A stretch of DNA of 6,510 nucleotides from a virus: positions 1 to 6,510 of IMG/VR virus record IMGVR_UViG_3300045988_011095, one strand, 5' to 3'. Below the pieces are notes generated by a model, which searched no databases, was not told the origin of the DNA, and saw only the letters and a list, made by a program, of their open reading frames with translations. A program made the position numbers and the translations under genes. This document shows positions 1 to 3,432 of the stretch, piece by piece (the stretch's first letter is position 1; each line of letters starts with the position of its first letter).

Positions 1-119
1 AGACCACCAACGATTGCCAGAAGTAGGAAGAGTTTGAACAATATTTCCATAACCAAGATAGCTCAACAACTTAAAAGCCAAATCTCCACGGTTAAAGCCA
101 AATGAATTCGCAAAAAAAC
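1..119. repeat. Terminal redundancy: left copy of the circular-genome overlap, identical to 6392..6510
   Basis: Base-by-base comparison shows 1..119 (agaccaccaacgattgccag...gcaaaaaaac) equals 6392..6510 with no mismatch. This implies a 6391-nt circle. The repeat lies inside the VP1 ORF and keeps its frame. Confidence 0.95.
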
Positions 120-540
120 CAGAATCAGCAGGGCTATTAGAAGAACCATTCAAACGATAAAGGATAAAATTCAAAACACTTAAAGACACAGAAGGCAAAT
201 AAGTTCCAAGCGACAGATTCTTAGTCAAAGACAAAGCTTGAACTTGATTAACGTCCTGCATCTGAGTCAACACAGAAGGAGCGGACTTCCAAAGAAGCCG
301 TAACGGCACAGCATAGAAATCAAAGTATTCACGCAAACGGGTATAAGCAGAAGTTTCAACGGGCTGAGTACGAGTAAAATACTCAATGCTGAATCTATAC
401 TTGTCACCGGGCATAGAAATATCCCAATAAACGGGAAGAAGCTCACCAACTTTCGCAGTAAATGCATTTTTGCGTCCAATATCAAATCCAGAACGATGCG
501 GACGATTTTGAAGATTGGACATTCCAGTATAAGAAGCCAT
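1..540 (-). CDS. VP1: Major capsid protein VP1 (F-like), N-terminal 180 codons; the ORF leaves the left edge and continues at 6391 across the circular junction (full protein 616 aa)
   Basis: ATG at 540..538. My hand translation is MASYTGMSNLQNRPHRSGFDIGRKNAFTAKVGELLPVYWDISMPGDKYRFSIEYFTRTQPVETSAYTRLREYFDFYAVPLRLLWKSAPSVLTQMQDVNQVQALSLTKNLSLGTYLPSVSLSVLNFILYRLNGSSNSPADSGFFANSFGFNRGDLAFKLLSYLGYGNIVQTLPTSGNRWWS. There is no stop, and it ends on a codon boundary at position 1. It is in frame with ORF 5081..6472 and shares the peptide AFKLLSYLGYGNIVQTLPTSGNRWWS. The FD..(K)xFT..xGeLxPV..PGD....R..P...Y....VP.RLLW pattern is the conserved Microviridae capsid N-terminus. The ORF is missing from the track only because it has no in-window stop. 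Confidence 0.93.
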   Translation of the reverse strand, partial: MASYTGMSNLQNRPHRSGFDIGRKNAFTAKVGELLPVYWDISMPGDKYRFSIEYFTRTQPVETSAYTRLREYFDFYAVPLRLLWKSAPSVLTQMQDVNQVQALSLTKNLSLGTYLPSVSLSVLNFILYRLNGSSNSPADSGFFANSFGFNRGDLAFKLLSYLGYGNIVQTLPTSGNRWWS

Positions 541-573
541 AAAACAAAAATTAAAAAATTAAACAATGAAGGG

Positions 574-2271
574 TTAGTCCTGATAAGAAAAGATACCAAA
601 CATATCATTAATCTTCTTGTGCTTAACCTTATCTCGACATTTCATCAATGAAGCAGCAGCCAAGCGACGAACAAGAGGAAGTTTATAGTAGGGTTCTTCC
701 TTATCACGGACAGACCTATTATAACGAAAAGAATAATTACGAAGTTCAAAATCTACCAAATCCTTATCATTAGAATCTTCCAAGGTTTGATAAAAATCTA
801 CAAGACGCATATAATCATAACGATTCCAAAAAGTAACTATTTTTTCAGAAATTATTCGTAAGAATCTTTCTCGACAAAAGAGTTCTCCTCCAGAAGTGCC
901 GCTGGACCAGAAGAGTCCTGAACATCCATCTGTTGAATATGTTCGAATAAATTTTGCAATTCCGAGGAAAAAGCGATAGACGCGGGAGAGACGGTGAGTA
1001 GTTTCCAAATCAACACCATCATACAAACGACATTCAGTAAGAATGAGAACATCACTATGCGGTAAATTCGCTTGAGGAGATAACAAGTTCTTAAATTCAT
1101 TTGATTTTCCATAATTATCTACATAATTTAAATACTGTTTACAAAAAGACAAAAGACTTTGCTTTGAATTTTCAACAAACGGATCACATCCTATATCAGC
1201 GCATCCGCTACGAATGACTCGTGCGGGTGCTGTGAACGCAGCAAATAATAACTGATAAATACTCGATGGAGATTTACGAATAGCGTCTGAAAATCGGGGG
1301 AATAATCGAAGGAGATACGGCCACGAAGGTTTAAGAATCCGAAAGTAGCCATCCCGTTCAATGCGTACTCCATTAAGACACTTATCGGTAACTTCATCAA
1401 TTTCGGATACTCGCACCTTTCGAGGGAAGAGATTTGACTCTGTAAATCCAATGGAGTGGAAGGATTTTGGGCGCAAAAATCTTGGCATCTCTGTGTAAAA
1501 AGAGGGTAAAGCGACAAAGCTATTAACATACGACGCAACATAAGGTGCTGCGAATCCTCGCGAGAGTGTCGCATCACAACGGCCATAAGACCAAGCTTTA
1601 GATACATTTTCAAGAATAGTTTTCGAGAACTGTTCGGAATTGGAAAACAATAACAAATGCCAATGCGGGCGATAACTCGTCGGCCCATATTCTGATACAG
1701 CGTAGTAACGTAATTTCTCATAAGGGTAATAACTTCTTAAACGTTTCAAAAATAAATCAAGGTCACGATTACAAATATAAGGAATCCTATTCGGAACATT
1801 ATGATTAATCTTACTCATAATAGAGAGGAATTCCTTAGGCTTCATAGGATAAGAAAACCGAACCTCAGGGTCCTTAAAAGTACGTTCAACAGTAGAATTT
1901 TTCAGCTTGATAGAAGCGGAGCGAGGAACGCTACGAAAACCAAACAAATAACGATTACTGTCACAAGGGTCCAAGTTATTAATATCGGGAACGCAGGATA
2001 CATCTGCAATATCATCCGTACAAGTTTCGATAATCGAAACCTCCAAAGTAGGAAGAAAGCAAGGAGCATAAGTAAGAGTGACAAAATATACAAAACGGAA
2101 TTGAGCAGAATAAGTAGTAAGCAGGTTTGTCTGAATACCGGAACGACGAAGAACGCATGAAGGACAAGTACCACAAGAAACAACAACAGGTTCATGCGTA
2201 TACTTATTGACAACCGTACGAGGATTCTGGCAACGAGTTACCAACTTATTCTGTAATTCCTTAGTAATCAT
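574..2271 (-). CDS. VP4: Rolling-circle replication initiator VP4 (phiX174 gpA-like, HUH superfamily), 565 aa
   Basis: All three RCR motifs are present in order. Motif I is FVTLTY (aa 63-68, nt 2068..2085, checked against the DNA). Motif II (HUH) is HWH in RPHWHLLLF (aa 203-205, nt 1657..1665, checked). Motif III is YVASYVN, with two Tyr three residues apart (aa 244/248, nt 1522..1542), as in phiX174 gpA YVAKYVNK. The ATG overlaps the stop of the upstream ORF (ATGA at 2268..2271). Confidence 0.93.
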   Translation of the reverse strand: MITKELQNKLVTRCQNPRTVVNKYTHEPVVVSCGTCPSCVLRRSGIQTNLLTTYSAQFRFVYFVTLTYAPCFLPTLEVSIIETCTDDIADVSCVPDINNLDPCDSNRYLFGFRSVPRSASIKLKNSTVERTFKDPEVRFSYPMKPKEFLSIMSKINHNVPNRIPYICNRDLDLFLKRLRSYYPYEKLRYYAVSEYGPTSYRPHWHLLLFSNSEQFSKTILENVSKAWSYGRCDATLSRGFAAPYVASYVNSFVALPSFYTEMPRFLRPKSFHSIGFTESNLFPRKVRVSEIDEVTDKCLNGVRIERDGYFRILKPSWPYLLRLFPRFSDAIRKSPSSIYQLLFAAFTAPARVIRSGCADIGCDPFVENSKQSLLSFCKQYLNYVDNYGKSNEFKNLLSPQANLPHSDVLILTECRLYDGVDLETTHRLSRVYRFFLGIAKFIRTYSTDGCSGLFWSSGTSGGELFCRERFLRIISEKIVTFWNRYDYMRLVDFYQTLEDSNDKDLVDFELRNYSFRYNRSVRDKEEPYYKLPLVRRLAAASLMKCRDKVKHKKINDMFGIFSYQD

Positions 2272-2576
2272 TTTCTATTAGTAAAATCAAGTTCCATTTG
2301 ACGAGGCTTACGACCACGAGCAAAAGAAATATGAACAAATGTACGATATTTTATAAGCTGGTCAAATTTAAAAGGAGAACCTTTAATCTTCAAGATAAAA
2401 CCGTCAACAGAAGAATCGACAGGTTTTAGATCAATGGCATCACCGGTCAAGTGCTGAGATGTTTTAGAACCATTACACATATCATTCTGTTCTTCAGTAC
2501 GAAAAGCGGAAGTAACAGTAAAATGAATATTCCGACGGAGAAGCCACTCAACGAATTTCATTAATTCTAGATTCAT
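2268..2576 (-). CDS. Small zinc metallopeptidase of the M15/LAS type (VanY / D-Ala-D-Ala carboxypeptidase-like fold); candidate peptidoglycan hydrolase (endolysin), 102 aa
   Basis: SAFRTEEQNDMCNGSKTSQHLTGDAIDL matches the S-x-x-R...N...G..x-S-x-H-x-x-G-x-A-x-D signature of peptidase_M15-type cell-wall peptidases. The candidate zinc ligands are H42 (nt 2451..2453), D49 (nt 2430..2432, H-x6-D spacing) and H82 in FVHISF (nt 2331..2333); all three codons were checked in the DNA. There is no signal peptide and no extra binding domain. Third codon positions are T-rich, as in the other genes. Confidence 0.72.
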   Translation of the reverse strand: MNLELMKFVEWLLRRNIHFTVTSAFRTEEQNDMCNGSKTSQHLTGDAIDLKPVDSSVDGFILKIKGSPFKFDQLIKYRTFVHISFARGRKPRQMELDFTNRK

Positions 2577-2579
2577 GAC

Positions 2580-2669
2580 TTACGAAAATATTTGAGCAAT
2601 AGACGTAAGAAGACTGACAGCAGCTGCAATAACTGCAGACCAAATTTTAGATTTAGTTTCACTTTTCAT
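2580..2669 (-). CDS. 29-aa single-pass membrane peptide (MKSETKSKIWSAVIAAAVSLLTSIAQIFS); candidate holin-like or membrane-disrupting partner of the peptidase
   Basis: ATG at 2669..2667, TAA at 2582..2580, 3 nt upstream of the peptidase ATG. It has a Lys-rich N-terminus followed by a roughly 20-residue hydrophobic stretch. Third positions are strongly T-rich (AGT ACT TCT ATT TCT GTT ATT GCT GCT AGT CTT CTT TCT ATT GCT), matching the genome-wide coding signature. The track's 62-aa version (TTG at 2768) extends into a frame that lacks this bias and overlaps the better 57-aa ORF. Confidence 0.5.
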   Translation of the reverse strand: MKSETKSKIWSAVIAAAVSLLTSIAQIFS

Positions 2670-2832
2670 CAGGTATAGCTTTAAATGTTGAACATTGAGA
2701 AATGATAAGAATACAATCTGGACGAAGATTTGAAGAAACAAATGCAGAAACTTCGTCAACAGATACAAGAACAGTTTCGTTCTGATTAGGATTTACCTTT
2801 GACTGGATAGAACACAAATAATACTTTTCCAT
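2659..2832 (-). CDS. 57-aa hypothetical protein, first gene after the promoter (MEKYYLCSIQSKVNPNQNETVLVSVDEVSAFVSSNLRPDCILIISQCSTFKAIPDEK)
   Basis: Hand translated: ATG at 2832..2830, TGA at 2661..2659. It falls below the ORF-track length cutoff. Third positions are T-rich (TAT TAT TGT TCT AAT CCT AAT ACT GTT CTT TCT GTT GTT TCT TTT GTT TCT AAT CTT CGT GAT TGT ATT CTT ATT TCT). Its end overlaps the start of the 29-aa peptide by 11 nt. I recognise no family. Confidence 0.5.
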   Translation of the reverse strand: MEKYYLCSIQSKVNPNQNETVLVSVDEVSAFVSSNLRPDCILIISQCSTFKAIPDEK

Positions 2833-2858
2833 AAACTTAAAAATTTAAAATGAACATT

Positions 2859-2870
2859 GTTTTTAAAAAC
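2859..2870. repeat. Perfect 12-nt A/T-tract palindrome GTTTTTAAAAAC at the predicted transcription start region
   Basis: Read directly. A near-identical copy, GTTTTTAAAAAAAC, lies 32 nt away at 2891..2904. The two copies bracket the -7 box. Confidence 0.8.
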
Positions 2871-2874
2871 AGTA

Positions 2875-2907
2875 CAAAGATATAAATCAAGTTTTTAAAA
2901 AAACAAA
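2875..2907 (-). promoter_or_regulatory. Candidate Bacteroides-type promoter: -33 TTTG (2907..2904), 21-nt spacer, -7 TATCTTTG (2882..2875)
   Basis: The minus strand reads catTTTGtttttttaaaaacttgatttaTATCTTTGtactg. This fits the Bacteroides consensus TTTG-N19-21-TAnnTTTG. It sits in an approximately 18% GC spacer, about 43 nt upstream of the first ATG of the gene string (2832). The -7 motif alone would be expected a few times by chance in a genome of this composition; the support here comes from the paired -33 box and the location. Confidence 0.45.
2891..2904. repeat. Second copy of the A/T-tract palindrome (GTTTTTAAAAAAAC), inside the promoter spacer
   Basis: Read directly. It differs from the 2859..2870 copy by two extra A. 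Confidence 0.75.
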
Positions 2908-2950
2908 TGCTCATATAACTTATTAACATAAATAACCAATAAGCTGGATG

Positions 2951-3052
2951 GGTGGCAGGCTGGTCTGTGAGTTTGCGTATATAAGACAAGAGAAGACCGA
3001 AAGCGATGAGTTAAATCGCTTTCCCGTTGGGCAAACTCATGTAGGTTTCACC
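2951..3052. other. Structured domain I: three nested helices
   Basis: The outer helix is GGTG 2951-2954 with CACC 3049-3052. The middle helix is TGAGTTTGC 2968-2976 with GCAAACTCA 3031-3039, and on the + strand it can extend by G2967-T3040 and T2966-G3041 wobbles. The inner hairpin is GAAAGCGAT 2999-3007 with ATCGCTTTC 3015-3023 and a 7-nt loop, gagttaa. An alternative pairing, ATGAGTT 3006-3012 with AACTCAT 3034-3040, competes with both inner helices. Confidence 0.5.
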
Positions 3053-3125
3053 AAATATACAGAGACTTTAAGGAATTTTTTATTATTATGCTCGCTGTGC
3101 TCGCACGTTCTTCACTGCGTTCATC

Positions 3126-3167
3126 ACTTAGGCGGTTCTTCTTCCTCCGGACTTGAACCGTTTAAGT
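3126..3167 (+). other. 13-bp hairpin with a 16-nt pyrimidine-rich loop (ttcttcctccggactt); contains tandem G-T wobbles that exist only on the + strand
   Basis: ACTTAGGCGGTTC 3126-3138 pairs with GAACCGTTTAAGT 3155-3167. G3131-T3162 and G3132-T3161 are wobbles on the + strand and would be C-A mismatches on the - strand. Confidence 0.55.
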
Positions 3168-3195
3168 AAATCGGCCAGACGGGGTCGCAAGCGAC

Positions 3196-3205
3196 GGGGT
3201 GTATA
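3196..3205. repeat. GGGGTGTATA direct repeat, copy 1; part of GACGGGGT-N7-GACGGGGTGTATA
   Basis: Read directly. GACGGGGT occurs at 3178..3185 and 3193..3200, flanking the GTCG-CAAG-CGAC mini-hairpin. GGGGTGTATA recurs at 3330..3339. Confidence 0.8.
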
Positions 3206-3239
3206 GCAGCGACGAGAGAGAACAGTTCTCCGAGAGATT

Positions 3240-3267
3240 GCTTACGCGTTGCAAGCGTCAAGCTTTT
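3240..3267 (+). other. Hairpin GCTTACGC/GCGT(C)AAGC followed by TTTT on the + strand (weak terminator-like element for a hypothetical + strand transcript)
   Basis: 3240-3247 pairs with 3255-3263 (8 bp, C3259 bulged, 7-nt loop), then TTTT follows at 3264..3267. The T-run is short and I found no + strand promoter, so the hairpin is solid but a terminator role is speculative. Confidence 0.25.
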
Positions 3268-3293
3268 AGGATGGCAGTACTATAGCCTAACGG

Positions 3294-3331
3294 CTCTGAT
3301 TCCAGTCGACGGAGTCTCCCGGAATTCAGGG
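3294..3331. other. Hairpin CTCTGATTCC / GGAA(T)TCAGGG enclosing a 17-nt loop
   Basis: 3294-3303 pairs with 3321-3331 (10 bp, including a T3295-G3330 wobble on the + strand, with T3325 bulged). The loop is agtcgacggagtctccc. Confidence 0.45.
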
Positions 3332-3339
3332 GGTGTATA
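3330..3339. repeat. GGGGTGTATA direct repeat, copy 2
   Basis: Identical 10-mer, 134 nt downstream of copy 1. Like copy 1, it starts at the 3' foot of one hairpin and runs into the next helix. Confidence 0.8.
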
Positions 3340-3357
3340 ACCACGCTATGCGTGGTT
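3339..3357. other. Perfect 8-bp hairpin AACCACGC-tat-GCGTGGTT
   Basis: Read directly: 3339-3346 pairs with 3350-3357, with a 3-nt loop. Confidence 0.6.
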
Positions 3358-3371
3358 GCCAAAAGTTACTC

Positions 3372-3409
3372 CAAATAACAAAACCCGGCACGTATCAAGT
3401 ACGGCCGGG
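3372..3409 (-). terminator. Rho-independent terminator of the gene string, 24 nt downstream of the VP2 stop
   Basis: The GC-rich stem is 3384-3389 and 3391-3394 paired with 3400-3409 (10 bp, A3390 bulged, 5-nt loop). On the minus strand it is followed by TTTTGTTATTTGG (3383..3371). On the + strand it is followed by an A-run, so it is orientation-specific for the minus strand. Confidence 0.6.
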
Positions 3410-3432
3410 CAAATGTAAAAAAATTAATCAAA

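Larger units (their letters stand above)
2941..3370. other. GC-enriched, highly structured non-coding island; function unknown (candidate structured ncRNA, complementary-strand origin, or folded-ssDNA site)
   Basis: My hand count gives 207 G+C in 2941..3360 (about 49%). Spot checks gave 35% for coding line 3481..3540 and 18% for 2821..2880. No minus-strand ORF of 60 aa or more lies here. Helices seen directly are 2968-2976/3031-3039 (9 bp), 2999-3007/3015-3023 (9 bp), 3126-3138/3155-3167 (13 bp), 3184-3187/3192-3195, 3218-3222/3226-3230, 3240-3247/3255-3263, 3294-3303/3321-3331 and 3339-3346/3350-3357. It also contains direct repeats of GACGGGGT and GGGGTGTATA. Confidence 0.6.

Noticed and set aside
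267-608. Track ORF of 113 aa on the minus strand.
   Set aside because: It is out of frame with the real VP1 N-terminus (ATG 540), spans the VP4/VP1 spacer, and has an L/F/I-rich off-frame composition.
852-2213. Other nested track ORFs: 852..1112 (-), 1801..2160 (+), 1902..2213 (-), and also 3534..3785, 4878..5084, 5515..5764, 5767..6051, 5903..6112 and 6269..6496.
   Set aside because: All lie inside VP4, VP2, the scaffold-like gene or VP1, in off-frames or antisense. Their compositions are L/I/F/K/N-rich, dictated by the AT-rich sequence, and they carry no motifs.
2580-2768. Track ORF of 62 aa (TTG start) that would give a two-TM, class-II-holin-like protein.
   Set aside because: The N-terminal 33 codons overlap the 57-aa ORF, which has the genome's T-rich third-position signature, whereas this frame there does not. 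F/L/I-rich 'TM' segments arise automatically in off-frames of this T-rich coding strand. I kept only the ATG-initiated 29-aa part.
3080-3124. A minus-strand 12-codon mini-ORF, MNAVKNVRAQRA, ending in three consecutive TAA codons.
   Set aside because: The GGAGG upstream is 19 nt from the ATG and this genome shows no SD usage. The tag does not resemble tmRNA tags. TAATAATAA is simply part of the AT-rich linker.
3149-3159. tRNA or tmRNA likeness. The minus strand reads GGTTCAAGTCC (T-loop-like), and the + strand CTGATTCCAGTCGACGG at 3296..3312 resembles the tmRNA 5' region CUGAUUCUGGAUUCGACGG.
   Set aside because: The two resemblances are on opposite strands. The T-loop has only a 3-bp stem, and there is no acceptor stem, D-arm or CCA context. 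These are probably chance matches, or at most degraded fragments.
2948-3169. A + strand 73-aa ORF inside the island, with a Cys/His cluster (CSLCSHVLHCVHH) that looks zinc-binding.
   Set aside because: It is on the strand opposite to every other gene and has no recognisable promoter: there is no TAnnTTTG on the + strand upstream. It is cut through by the conserved-looking helices. At about 49% GC a 73-codon open frame is not statistically remarkable. I keep it as an alternative that protein-level conservation in homologs could revive.
3339-3357. The minus strand of this hairpin contains TAGCGT, the CS-6 motif of ssoA-type single-strand origins of Gram-positive RCR plasmids.
   Set aside because: It is only a 6-nt match, it lies partly in the stem rather than the loop, and it comes from an unrelated host group. 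I do not use it as evidence.
2941-3370. A scan of both strands for the hammerhead core (CUGAnGA...GAAA), MITE-like terminal inverted repeats, and CRISPR-like spaced repeats.
   Set aside because: I found no CUGAnGA with flanking stems (only GUGAUGA on the minus strand). The island ends are not inverted repeats. The repeats present are two-copy and irregularly spaced.
3410-3417. A second TAnnTTTG match (TACATTTG, minus strand) just upstream of the terminator hairpin. A third match, TATGTTTG, lies at 597..604, about 60 nt upstream of the VP1 ATG.
   Set aside because: Neither has a TTTG at the required 19-21 nt spacing: the nearest is 11 nt away for the first, and there is none for the second. 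The 6-fixed-base motif is expected several times by chance. The 597..604 site remains a weak candidate for an internal late promoter.
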